Origin: Camelus dromedarius
Taxonomy: Eukaryota
Direction: 5' to 3'
NCBI RefSeq assembly: GCF_036321535.1
Contig: NC_087437.1
Coordinates: 48,982,001-49,046,000 of the forward strand
DNA length: 64,000 bases
Shown here: positions 52,273 through 64,000 of the stretch, in pieces
Numbering within the stretch: position 1 is the first letter of the stretch
Layout: the number at the start of each line of letters is the position of its first letter
Program-made: the position numbers and the translations under genes
The notes under the pieces: generated by a model
Told to the model about the DNA's origin: nothing
Database searches by the model: none
The model's input: only the letters and a program-made list of their open reading frames with translations

Positions 52273-52356
52273 ACCTTGAGAGCTTGTTTGGAGGTTCTAG
52301 CAGTGAAACACGGCTACTCATATACCCTTGACCAAAGAACAGTCCTCCTCCATTGG
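52273..52356 (-). pseudogene. RN7SK: 7SK snRNA retrocopy fragment (~84 nt, central part of 7SK)
   Basis: Reverse complement ...gaggaggactgttctttggtcaagggtatatgagtagccgtgtttcactgctagaacctccaaacaagctctcaaggt matches recalled 7SK GAGGAGGACCGGTCTTCGGTCAAGGGTATACGAGTAGCTGCGCTCCCCTGCTAGAACCTCCAAACAAGCTCTCAAGGT; many differences are at CpGs. Confidence 0.93.
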
Positions 52357-52773
52357 CAGCAACATGGATGGACCTAAAGATTATCATATTAAGTGAAGTC
52401 AGACAGAGAAAGACAAAAATATATGATATCACTTATATGTGGAATCTAAGAGAATGATACAAATTTTGTTTACAAATGAAAAATAGACTCATATACATAG
52501 AAAACAAACTAGGGTTACCAAAGGGAAAAAGTCAGGGAGGACTAAATTAAGGGTTTGGGATTAACAGATACACATTACTATATAAAACAGATAAACAGCA
52601 GGGACCTACTTTATAGCACAAGGAACTATATTCAATGTCTTATAATAACATATAATGGAAAAGAATCTGAAAAAAATGTGTATATGTATGTATGTGTATA
52701 ACTAAATCGCTTTGCTGTACACCTGAAACTAACATTGTAAATCAACTACACTTCAATAAAAGATAAAATTTTT
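52351..52773 (+). mobile_element. L1 3' end (ORF2 C-terminus plus 3'UTR), fused to the 7SK fragment
   Basis: gcagcaacatggatggacct...aagtgaagtcagacagagaaagac...cttcaataaaa. TSD taaaaagttatt(c/t)acc at 52260-52275 and 52773-52788 encloses both 7SK and L1. Confidence 0.93.
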
Positions 52774-52789
52774 AAAAAGTTATTTACCC

Positions 52790-53745
52790 ATGTGGGATCA
52801 GGAAAGTTACTGTGGAGGAAGTAGACCTTGAAAGAATGAAAGATTACAACAGAGGAGTTTGGGAACCGAAGCACAAAGAACGTGAAAGGCCATGTTGGGT
52901 TTTGGGTTATTATACAATACTCTTAAAACATCATGGATGGACTTTTATCATGGGGGCTTTGAATTTCAAGTTCATAGGTTTGGTTCAGTTCTATGAGCAA
53001 TTGGAAAGTTTTAAAATAAGATAAGGACATGGTCCACAGATCTACGTTAGGAAAATGGACTTCGCAGGTGTACCTGGAAATGTTTGGAGCAGATTGCAAG
53101 TGAGGAAGCTGGTTAAGAAATTTGTGAAATAGACCAGGTGAGAGGGAACCAGAGACTCATTCAGAATAGTGACAATAGGAATGAAATGAAAGAGAATTAA
53201 CTCACTCATTAACTCAATGGATGTTTACTTAGTGCTTACTATGTGTTAGGCAGACATGGAACCTTTAATCTCAAGGAGCTCCCAGCCAAATGTATGTTGT
53301 GAATAAGTTCTACAATAGAGGGACATACCAAATGATAAGAGATCACACAGGAGGGAGCAAAATGTATGGGATATATATGTGGAGGAAAGCAGAAATCAAG
53401 GGAGTAGACTTTCAAGAAGGAAAGAGAGAGAGATGTTATCAAAGGAATAGGTTAACAGGAGTCCTGAAATGATTCTGTTGGGTTTTTCAACATGGAGGAT
53501 ATTAGTGATGTTAACAGGAACAATTTCACTGAAGCAGTAGGGGCAAAATTAGAACTGTTATGGACTGAAGATCGATTAGAAGTTGAGGAATTGAGGACAA
53601 AAGACAGGAGAAACATTTTTAGAGATAAACATATGATAGCTGCTAAAGTCAAGATAATGGAGAATAAAAGGTGATTTTATGATTTTAAGCCTCAAGGCAT
53701 GATGATATCACTTGGTGAAACAGAGAAGTCAAGAGAAAGACTTAC
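52790..53745 (-). mobile_element. Degraded L2 fragments
   Basis: gaggaagtagaccttgaaagaatg; tagaccaggtgagag; cactcattaactcaatggatgtttacttagtgcttactatgtg. Confidence 0.55.
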
Positions 53746-53747
53746 AT

Positions 53748-54135
53748 TTTTTTTCTTTTTTCTTTTTTTATTGAATGAAAGATTCTTTAAAGTCTATAGT
53801 GCTTTACAGTTCTCAGAAGTTTCACACACATGATTTCATATAATCCCATAATAACCCCTTTTTTTTTTATCCTAAATATTTCCCCTCCACCCTCCCTCTC
53901 CCCGTTGGTAACCACTAGTTTATTCTCTATATCTATGAGTCTGTTTTTTTTGTTGTATTCACTAGTTTGTTGCATTTTTTAGGTTCTGCATACAAATGAT
54001 ATCACACAGCATTTGTCTTTCTCTATCTGGCTTATTTCACTTAGCATAATGCCCTCCAAGTCCATCCATGTTGCTGCAGGTGGCAAAATTTCGTTCTTTT
54101 TTATGATTGAGTAGTATTCCATTGTATGTGTATTT

Positions 54136-54166
<31 letters not shown>

Positions 54167-55460
54167 CCCACATCTTCTTTATCCATTCATCTGTTGATAA
54201 ACACTTAGGTTGCTTCCGTACTTTGTAAATAATGCTGCTATGAACATTGGAGTGCATGTATCTTTTCGAATTAGTGGTTTCATTTTTTTCCAAATATATA
54301 GTCAGGAGTAGAATTGCTGGGTCATATGGTAGTTCTATTTTTAGTTTTTTTAGAAATCTCCATACTGTTTTCCACAGTGGCTGTACCAATTTATATTCCC
54401 ACCAACAGTGTAGGAGGGTTCCCTTTTCTCTACATTCTCATCAACTTTTGTTATTTGTGGCTTTTTTTTTTTTTTTTTTTGGATGATAGCTATTCTGACA
54501 GGTGTGAGGTGATAATCTCATTGTGGTTTTGATTTGCATTTCCCGGATGATTAGCAATGTTGAACATCTTTTCATATGCCTGTTGGCCATCTGCATATCC
54601 TCTTTGGAAAAATGTCTATTCAGTTCTTCCCACTTTTCAATTGAATTGTTTGTTTTTCTGATGTCAAGTTGCTGTTTATATTGTTGAATATTAACCCTTT
54701 ATTGGTCATATCATTTGCAAACATCTTCTCCCATTTAATAGGTTGTCCTTTCATTTTGTTGATGGTTTCCTTTGCTGTACAGAAGCTTTTAAGTTTAATT
54801 AGGTCTCATTTGTTATTTTTACTTTTGTTTCCTTTGCTTTAAGAGACAGATCAAAAAAAAAAAACAAAACATTGCTGTGATATATATCAAAGAGTGTTCT
54901 GCCTGTGTTCTTCTCTAGGAGTTTTATAGTATCCAGTCTTATATTCAGGTCTTTAGTCCATTTTGAATTTATTTTTGTATACTGTGTTAGAGAATGTTCT
55001 AATTTCATTTTTTTAAAGTAGCCGCACAGTTTTCCCAGCACCACTTACTGAAGAGACTCTTTTCTCCAGTGTATATTCTTGCTTCCTTTGTTGTAGATTA
55101 ATTGACCATAAATGAGCAGGTTTATTTCTGGACTTTCTATCCTGTTCCATTGATATATGTATCTGTTTTTGTGCCAGTACCATACAATTTTGATTACTGT
55201 AGCTTTGTAGTATAATCTGAAGTAAGGGAACGTGATTCCTCCAGCTTTGTTGTTCTTCCTCAAAATTGTTTTGGCTATTCAGGGTCTTTTGTGTTTCCAT
55301 ACAAATTTTAAAATTATTTGTTTTAGTTGTGTGAAAAGTGCTATTGGTATTTTGATAGGGATTGCATTGAATCTATAGATTGCCTTGGGTAGTATGGTCA
55401 CTTTGACAATATTAGTTCTTCCAGTCCAAGAATAAGGTATATCTTTTCATCTGTTTGTGT
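53748..55460 (-). mobile_element. 5'-truncated L1 (~1.7 kb) with internal (CA)n
   Basis: ORF2 pieces [28 protein letters not shown] and [25 protein letters not shown]. Imperfect TSD gtcaaga(g)aaa.actta.tttt at ~53728 and ~55459. (CA)n at ~54137-54166. Confidence 0.95.
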
Positions 55461-55641
55461 CAAGAAAAACTTAATTTTGTGGGAGCTTTGGTTTTGCCCT
55501 TGATTGAGTTTGAAATATGAACAGACATTTAGCCTATGGTTTGAAAAAAGGATAAATTTTTTTTTAAGTAATATTAGGGCTACACACAGCTAATTTTGAT
55601 TTGCATAATATAGGTAGTTGAAGCCATGGTCATAGAAAGTA

Positions 55642-55825
55642 CAGTTGACCCTTGAACAGAGCACATTTGAACTGCACAAGTCCACTTACCTGCAGTTATT
55701 TTTCAGTAGTAAATACCACAGTACTAGTTGTTTGAATTTGCAGATGTGGAAGAACCACAGATATGGAGGGCCAAATAGAAATTACAGAGGATTAACACCC
55801 TCCCCAGTTGTTCCAGGGTCAACGG
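55642..55825. mobile_element. MER8/Tigger2-derived MITE
   Basis: TA-flanked TIRs cagttgacccttgaaca and tgttccagggtcaacgg. Confidence 0.85.
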
Positions 55826-56384
55826 TACAACTGTAGAGGGAGGAAAAGAGTGCAGAGAACGGGAGGAAGGGATGAGAAAGAAGATTAGAAGCAGTGTAGT
55901 TGACTAAAAAGAAATGATCAGAAAAGCAAAAGAAACCACCAGGGCGAGTTAGGACAGCCAAGGAGAATTTTGTTTACTTGATTGTTTAATCTTTGGAGGT
56001 TATAATGTTATTTACCCTAAGGCAGAATAAGTAGCAAGAAAATGCCATTGATTTTTGACAGCTAATAATCATTTGTATTCTTGGGAACCATTTGTTACCA
56101 ATTGGGAACAGTCGTTTTACTAGATTGATCAAAAAAGTAGAAACCAAGTTGCGAGGGGTTAAGGAATGAATGGGATTTCTTTTTTATTGTTGCAGGGAAG
56201 ACGAGAGAAGACTTTGATAAGAGATTGTGGCAAGGCTGAGAGGAAAACTGAGCATGTTTATTTCTCTTTGCATATAGTTATACATATAGAGTCAACAGGG
56301 GTGAGAACTAAAAGAAAAAGGTGGATAATTGATGAAGAAAACTTGGGTAGGCAGTATGATTTAACTTCTGTCTTTGTGTTTCTG

Positions 56385-56680
56385 TCAGAATTTAATGAGA
56401 TAATGAGTATAAAATACCTGACACATGGTAGGTTTTCAATAAATGTGACCTATTAATAATTTGGAGTCATGCAGAATGAAGAAAGCATTACTGAGTTTCT
56501 GCTGTATGCCAAGCACATGTTTCACTTCACCTTCACAACGGAGCTCTGAGCTAGGCATCATCAGCCAGATTTATACATGATAAAAGCCGAAGCTTGAGGC
56601 CTTTCCGAGGGTCACAACCAAGTAACTGCAGAGCTGGGATTTGAACACAGGCCCATCAGATACTAAAGATACCACTAGGC
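56385..56680. mobile_element. Two MIR fragments in opposite orientations
   Basis: cctgacacatggtaggttttcaataaatg (+); gagggtcacaacc...gagctgggatttgaacacagg (-). Confidence 0.65.
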
Positions 56681-57008
56681 CTTGTGAGTTTGTTTGTTTG
56701 TTTGGAATAGTTTTAGTTTCACATAGGGGTAGAGGAAGTAAGGGAAATAACTTGGAAGAATCGTTATTGAACAGGCTTGATGTTCTTTGTAAAATGAGAG
56801 GTGAGGTATCTGCTGAGAGTGAGGAGGTCCAGTTGGAGCAAAAGGAGTGAAGTTAAGTGAAGAAGACTTGAAACAGCAACTCTAGGAAGTTAGTGTATCA
56901 TTAAGAGCTGAGGAAAAGAAGTGAAGTTCAGGGAGCATGGGATTTCAGTGAACCTTGTTACACAAGGATATCTCAAGGTCTCTGATACTGCAATAGGATC
57001 TTCTAAGT

Positions 57009-57649
57009 CAGGGATCAGCAAACTTTTTCTGTAAAGTGCCAGACTGTAAATATTTTAGACTCTGTGGGCCATGTGGTCTCTGTTGCAGCTACTTAACTTA
57101 GCTGTTGTATCATGAAAGCAGCCATAGGTAATGCACAAACAAATGAGTGTAGCTGTGTTATAACAGGTCTTTATTAATGTGGGACAGTGAAAATATTCCG
57201 TATGATATTATAATGATGGAGAATGTCATTATATATTTGTCCGGACACAGAATGAACAATATCAAGAGTGAACCATAATGTAAACAGTTGACTTTGAGTG
57301 ATAATGATGTGTCAATGTAGATTTTTCAGTTGTAGGAAGTGTCTCACTCTGATGAGTGATGTTGATAATGGGGAAGGCTGTGCATGTGTGAGGGCAAGGG
57401 CTATATGGGAAATCTCTGTATCTTCCTCTCTATTTTGATGTGAACCTAGAACTGTACTAGAAAAATAAAGCCCTTAAAAGAGAAAAATAATGGACACGGA
57501 AATGTTAATATTTATATGTCATGAAATATTCCTCTTTGATGTTCCTTTCAATCACTTAAAAATTTAAAACCATTCTTAGTATATGACAGTAGTACAAAAA
57601 TAAGCAGTAAACCACATTTGGCCTACAGGCAGTAGTTCAGTCACTCCTA
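57009..57649. mobile_element. MER58-like hAT-Charlie element split by an L1 3' fragment
   Basis: cagggatcagcaaacttttttctgtaaag...gtaaatattttagac; right end catttggcctacaggcagtagtt. Confidence 0.8.
57180..57490 (+). mobile_element. L1MC-type 3' end
   Basis: cagtgaaaatattccgtatgata...gagtgaaccataatgtaaac...ggaaatctctgta...aaaaataaag. Confidence 0.8.
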
Positions 57650-57654
57650 TTTTG

Positions 57655-57855
57655 GGTAATTCTTAGAATATAGATTCCTGCAACAGTGTAAACTGACTGT
57701 ACTTCAAAAAAATGGTTAAAAAGAAAAATATAGATTACTGGGTTTTACACTAGTCCAGCTCAATCAGAATAATTGAGAGTGGGGCCCAGGAATCTGCATT
57801 TTAAAAGACTCTCTGTGTGTGTGTATTTTTTAAATATACCATTCTGAGACTGCTG
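57655..57855. mobile_element. MER5-like MITE containing a 44-bp L1 tail insertion (57681-57724)
   Basis: aatcagaat...gtggggcccaggaatctgcatttt. TSD a(g/a)aatatagatt(c/a)ctg at 57665 and 57725. Confidence 0.75.
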
Positions 57856-58534
57856 CTTAAGGACAGAAGTAGTTAGTAGAGAATGCTTGGACAGGGTTCC
57901 CTGAAAAATACAGAATCTCCAGGCCTCAAATCACAAAGCAACGCTCCGCAGCACAGATGGCCCTTCGTGGTCTGGTACTTGGTGGTCTGGTACTTGGTGT
58001 GGAGGAAATGGCAGAAAATACAGTGGCAGAGAATTTTAGGTTTATGATTTGTGCGTCACTGAATGAATATCCAGGGTCACTGAGACTTGGCAGGAAGGCA
58101 AAGGAAGACAGAAGGAGGGTGATGAACTCAAAAAATCAGGAGGATTAGGGGGATTCAGGCTTACGAGAGCAGGACACAGTCTTGGAAGTCAAGGATCAAA
58201 CGCCAACAGGCAGATGTTTGCAGATAGAGCACTTCCAGAAGGGATGGGAACCATGTTGGAGTGTGAGATAGGGCTACATCAGGAACTGACCAGTGTCATG
58301 GAGCTGGGTGTCCCTGGAGATGACAGGTCAAGGACTTGTGAGGTCAGGGGTCTAAGGAAAGCTAATTCAACATAATTGGAGAACACAGCTAGATTGAGTG
58401 TCCAGGATGAAAATGCAGATGGTCCAAGGAGTGAAAGAAGAGGCTTGTCAGTAGGAGCCAGTCTGACCAAGAAGGCCTGGAGAAAGGTGTGGAATACTGA
58501 GACATGTAGAGAACAAGAAGGGAGAGGAAGAGAG

Positions 58535-58730
58535 ATGTTCATCTGTCATCTACTCTGTACTTCTTTACTGGGCTCTTTTACATATAAACTCCTTTGACTT
58601 TGCAACAAACTGCTGAACAGAGCATCATCCCCACTTCAGAGGTGAAGATTATGAAGTTCATAGAGGTCAGAAGTCCAAAGTCACACAGACAATAAAATGA
58701 GAAATTGGTCTCTGTGACTGGGAAGCCCAT
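58535..58730 (-). mobile_element. MIR, degraded
   Basis: catcatccccacttcagaggtgaag...ccaaagtcacacag. Confidence 0.6.
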
Positions 58731-61369
58731 TATTTATTTCTTTTTCTGTTTTGTTTTGTGTATAAACTCCAGTACGTTTGTCAGTAGTAGCTTCCTAAAG
58801 CACTGCATTCAGAGAGGTTCTGAGGTAGAGACTAAGGTCAGAAAGAGTTGTGATTAATGAGTAAATTTGCCAGGGGCACAGAGGGGAGAGCTGTAGCTTC
58901 CATTCCTCATATTTGCCATCCCCTATGCATGTTAACTGCCTACCAAGGGGAAAGATATTTCAGTTTAGGTGGGATGAGGGTGAGTGAGCAAAGAAAAGGG
59001 GTTGAGAAGGAGCATGCCATGTTTAATGACTATGGCAGGACCAGTCTGGTAGATGCAGGACTCAGAGGCATGGAAGGAATAAGGCTGTGAATAAGCCTGT
59101 GAATAGGAATGACAAGTTCCAGGTTTTGAGTTTGACTTGATCCTGGGAACAATGGGAAGTTTCTGTTTGTTTTGTTTTATTGTATTTAAAAACAAGAAAA
59201 CCACATAATAAAAATGATGGTTTAGTAGGTTTCGTCTGGTGGTTGAGAAAAGGAATCAACAGAAAGGCTGTTATCTAGGTGTGAAGTGTTAGAAGCTTAG
59301 ATTAGAGGAGTTAAATAGTGTATGAATGTCAGGAATGGAAAGGAAAGATATTGCAAAAGAATTATTAGTATTTGGTAACTATTTAGACACAGAAAATAAC
59401 ATAAAAGAGAAGGAAGAGTCAAGGGTGACTGGGATAAGGCTTTGTTATGTATGTTTTAGTGAGGCGATCCTTCTTGAGACTCCCATAGTCTCAAAGACTC
59501 CCATAATCAAATATATTTGCAAACAGTATATGCTCAATCCTCATTATGGAGACTCACAAAACACATTACATAGAAAAGGCTCTGAGAAGTCCTGCAGAAA
59601 AGAAACCTTTGAAATTATATTTAACTCATTATTCCTCCAATTTAACTGAATATATATTTCTTTCTTACATGAGAGTATGAATATACAACAGATACTCTGG
59701 AAAATGCTGGAGAAAACTGTGATGCCATTGTCAAAAAATAAGGAGGCTCTATTGAAGAAAACATAATGAGTTTTGTTTGGGGCTATGGTGAATTTGAAAA
59801 CAGGTGTCCTAGAATGAAGACATTCTGGAGCTTGGTGTGGAGATTAGGGCTAAAGGTGTAAATTGCAGAGTCATAAGCATAAAGGGATTGTTGAAGTCGA
59901 GTTGGTCTAACAGAAGCTGTTTCCTAGGGCAGAGAGGCACACATGCTTGTCAGTTCTTTAAGTTAGGGAATGGGAGATGGTAGAGGAAGCAGCTAAAGGA
60001 CACAAGGGATCAATGGCAGACAAGATGAAGAGAACCTGGGTAGGACAGTGCCACAAAAAGTAAGGGAGGAAATGATTTCAGGAGTCTATGTGTCAGATAC
60101 CGTAGAGTATGAGAAAAGGCGACTGTGTTTGGCAAAAAGGAGGTTGCTGGCTACCCAGCAGTCAGTTCTTGTTGGTGCTAAGTATTCATTCCATAAAAGT
60201 ATATTGAACATCTTCTCCAAGAAAACAATGTGGCTCCTGCCATTCAGCAGCTCAGTTTGTCTCCTGAGGAGACAGTTGTCACATATAAGTGACAAATGTG
60301 ATAACAACAGAGATGGCAACTGTTACCAAAGCATGGGGGAAGGAGAGGCTATTCCTGCTTATCAAAAGCCATAAATGCCTTGTTAACAGAGGTGGTTCTT
60401 AGTGAAATTGTGAAGTTGGGGGCATGTGTCTGGGGTGGTTCCTGAGTCCAAAGTCTCTGGCCCCTTTGTTGGTGCCTTTTCTCCACTTGCTTGAGCTTCC
60501 CCAGGCTCCTCTTGCTCTTAGGCAAGAATCTAAATCATTCATCCCCTTGAAGCCATGAATGATGGGAAATTTGATATGCTGCCTCTTTCTGTAAAACATG
60601 AACAAAGCCAGAAATAAAATGTCTGAACTTCTGAGAGGATAGGGTTTTTATTCTAAATACAAATGTTTAAATAATTAGTACATTATACAAATAATAATTA
60701 CATGTACATGTAAACTAAGAAAATTTGCAGTATACTATATATGTGTATTTACATGGAATATAATGTGTTTGTGCAGTCTAACTGTAATAGGGAAAAAGGG
60801 AAAAAAATAAACACAAGTGTTTAAATGACATTTAAGCATGCTAATAGTATGTGAGAAAGTGGTTAAAATATTATATATTTTATATTTAATAATAAACATA
60901 TATAATATAGCAGATATCATATATATACTGATATATATATTAAATGTATATTTATATGTTTGATTTTTTTGCAAACAAGCATTGAATTATACTCACCAGT
61001 TGATTGGAAAGACTGTCATCAAAATAGGTGGTCCAATATGTTCAACATTTAATCATTTTTAATACTTTCGAGGCATAACATATTAAAATAATATTTATAG
61101 TCTATTAGAAAGCTGTGGTAAGAACAGAGAAAGAAATGAAATAAATAGCCTAAACTTAATATAAAGGAGACCTGATTTTACACTATCAATTAATATTAAT
61201 ATTAAACTTTGAAAATTGAAGTGTGTTCCAAAAAATAAGCCATAACTGTTTCTACAGAATGCCTCTAATATATTATGTTGGCTTCAGGAAAGGTTAACAA
61301 TTTCGTGGAGTGACCCAGAACAAGACAATTTATAGCTAGATGACCTTCTTATGCCTTAGAAATGTGAAT

Positions 61370-61590
61370 AACAGTAATAATTGTAATTTAGGAATGCCTA
61401 CTCTGAACCAAGCAATTTTTAAACTATATTTTACACACTATCACATTTATAATAACCAAGATGTAAATATTATTATCCTAAATTATAGATGATGAAACTG
61501 AGGCTCAGAGAGGATAGGAAACTTGCCCAGTATCATAGAGCTGGGATTTGAATTCAATCTGTGCAAAGTCCATGTTCTTTTCACCTCTCT
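61370..61590 (-). mobile_element. MIR
   Basis: tatagatgatgaaactgaggctcagagagg...gagctgggatttgaattc. Confidence 0.82.
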
Positions 61591-62849
61591 GCCTGTGAAG
61601 TCCTAGAACTGTGATGAAATGTCTTTTAAGTGGTGTCAGCATCTTCACAAAATGACAAAAGGAAGCAGTAGACTGTCAGAAGCTTGTGATAAAAGTAGAT
61701 TGGCTGTCTATGTATTAGGGAAGCGCTCCAGGTTAAGCTTCATCATTTAACACTCAGGTGATGAATTATGGAACATTTTGAAAATCCTTGGAGGTAGTCT
61801 TAGAGTTGAGCAGGTATAAACCAGAAAGGTGAGTGGATGCTAATGGCAGTGGGAGGGAAATTGCCTGTCATCTTTGTTCAAGCTGGAGGTACATGGTGAG
61901 TTTGTTATAAACACTAGGTGAAATTATACACCATCATGGGAAGTAGTATACAGGAATATTGGCCAACCGTGTCCTACGTATCAAGCTATTTTAACCTATA
62001 GGAAAGAAAAGTCTTACAGGTTATGGTTAAACTCCCTCTTATTTGGAAATGATTTTACCCAAAGTAAGCTGAACTCAATGACTGTATGTTTCAGGGAAAT
62101 TTAATCCTGCTTCTCTCTGCCCGGAGTGCAGTCTCCATTCCCTTGATCACTTACCTCTGCTCATCACGTGAAGAGCTCCACTTTTCTTGCCTGAAATTTC
62201 TTGTTCTCTTATCTTCCTATTTGCTTTGCCTAATCCTAGCCTTGGATTGTCATTATTTTATCCTCCTGTTTTCATTTTGTTTCGCCGTTTGTAGGTGATG
62301 GTGGTGGTGCATCTTTTGGACAAACCCCTTCAGTAGAAGTTTGCTCTTCGCTCTTGCAGCTTTTGTTGTAATCTTGTCAACAGCACACTTCTGTTCTGTT
62401 TGTTTTTTAACTTTAGCCCAAGACCTTTTATAGTTTCCTCCAACTCCCTCTTAAAACTTTATGGTTTTTATTCTTACTTTTTTTTCAGGTGCTCATTTAA
62501 GACATTATTATCCAAGTTCTCCAGAATATTCTCTCTTCATCCTACTCTTCATTGTTTTTCTTTACTCCCCCTTGCTGCCTTCATTTTCTATCTTGTTTCT
62601 ATCTTTCCTCTTGTTTGTGCCTTCATATTCCTACTTTTCTCTTTGTTAGAACTTTGGGATGAGTAAAATTCTCTGTATGGTATTCTCTTCCTATAGCTTT
62701 TCTTTGAAACTCTCCTTTATCTTTTAACTTTAATTCTCTTTTACTCTTTTTACTGCCCCCCAAAATCCATTAACTTTTCTTCATTCTTCAACTAAAAACC
62801 TTTCCTTCAATCTATTCCAAACCCATCAGATGTTTGAATCACTTTCTCA

Positions 62850-63040
62850 CCTCTGACTTTCTTCCTGACCTTCTCTCAGCTACTTTCTCACAATCCTCTA
62901 CACTGAAATTGTACTTACCCAAGAAGTTCTAATGACTTCCTCGTGGACAAATTGAATGTTCTTCCGTCTGTGATCCTCATCTTTCCTGGCAGTAACTGTA
63001 TCCCTAGGCTAGTAGATCATCTTTGAAATACTTTTGAAGC
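62850..63040 (+). mobile_element. L2 RT-region remnant
   Basis: tctacactgaaattgtactt...ctaatgacttcct...gatcctcatc, resembling the decayed STETAL..VTNDLL..LILLD stretch of L2 RT. Confidence 0.5.
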
Positions 63041-63047
63041 AAGGTGG

Positions 63048-63087
63048 GCTTCTTCTTCTTCTTCTTCTTCTTTTTTTTTTTTTTTTG
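63048..63087. repeat. (CTT)n followed by poly(T)
   Basis: cttcttcttcttcttcttcttctttttttt. Confidence 0.9.
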
Positions 63088-64000
63088 AACTACGAAAATA
63101 GCTTCTAGAGTGTGCATCATTTTGTTATTCTGCTAATGAGAGTCAGAGATAGCTTTCTGTTTGCATTTCTAATAGCTGTCTTAAAAAGTGTCTTGACATT
63201 TCAGTTGGTTTTAAATGGCCAGTAAATGGCTTTCTGATTTTGGGTGGGGCCCTCTTCCCTGAAGGACTGACTTCTTGTCGGTGTTATTCGTCCCCTCCCC
63301 ACCCCCTACACACACTGAATTCCCCTAAATCTAATTTGCAACTTATCACTGCAGTCAGAAAATCCAAATAAGTGACTTTTTGGAAATAATTTCTTTGGTT
63401 ATTTTGAAGGTCATTTCCTTCAAACCTCCACAAACTCAAATTCAGAATTTTAAATATTTCTCAATTAAACTTGAAAGAATAAAAACTCCCTTCCACAATT
63501 CTAATTAATGATGAAAAATACATTAGCCTTTATTTGGCTCCATAAATGTATTTTTTACTTTCATGACTATTTTTCTTCTTGATAAATTTTAATCATCATA
63601 TTTATAACAAGAGTAAAAAGTTGCAGTGATAAGGGAAAAATGATTTGGAAAGTATAAAGGTTGCAACTCTGAAACAAAAGCCTTGGAATTCCAAGTTCAG
63701 GCTGCTACTGTCTATTTTTCCTTACTAAGTGCAAGGGGGTGTAGCCTTAGACTTCTGTGATTCCTTCGTGCTGGTCTATGTCACTCCTACTAACATTATT
63801 TAAATACAGCTTTCTTAATTCCTGAGAATGGTGATGAAAATAGTGCTTTGACTGGTAAAATGGAGAAGACAAAGAACCAAGACAAAGGCAAGATATGCAC
63901 TGACTGATTTATGTCATTTTAATAGCATAATTACTTGATAAGCCCTTACATGATTTAGTTACTGATCTTCAGTCTTTCAGAGCTGGGGAACAAATTGCTG

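Noticed and set aside
52273..52356. Functional 7SK gene
   Set aside because: Only a central fragment, lacking both terminal hairpins and the upstream promoter, and showing CpG decay.

Overview
Mammalian genomic DNA, very probably camelid (it carries a Vic-1-type tRNA-derived SINE at ~11.1 kb). It is AT-rich, dominated by transposable elements and looks intronic or intergenic. I recognise no intact host protein-coding gene; the ORF-track entries that match known proteins are LINE-1 ORF1/ORF2 or Tigger1 transposase remnants. Main landmarks: a full-length but inactivated minus-strand L1 (25078-32590, perfect 16-bp TSD) inserted into an MLT1 LTR, several truncated or internally deleted L1s with nested Tigger1/MLT1/SINE insertions, and many MIR, L2, CR1, MaLR and hAT relics. 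The most unusual item is an antisense 7SK snRNA fragment fused to an L1 3' end inside one target-site duplication (52260-52788). Also notable: an L1 5'UTR fused directly to mid-ORF2, ~350-bp tandem units in the long L1 5'UTR, two local tandem duplications, and a well-formed candidate plus-strand exon (45237-45304) in a TE-poor block. I found no evidence for a novel multi-gene system. Repeat subfamily names come from recalled consensus motifs and need RepeatMasker/Dfam confirmation; boundaries of old repeats are approximate.
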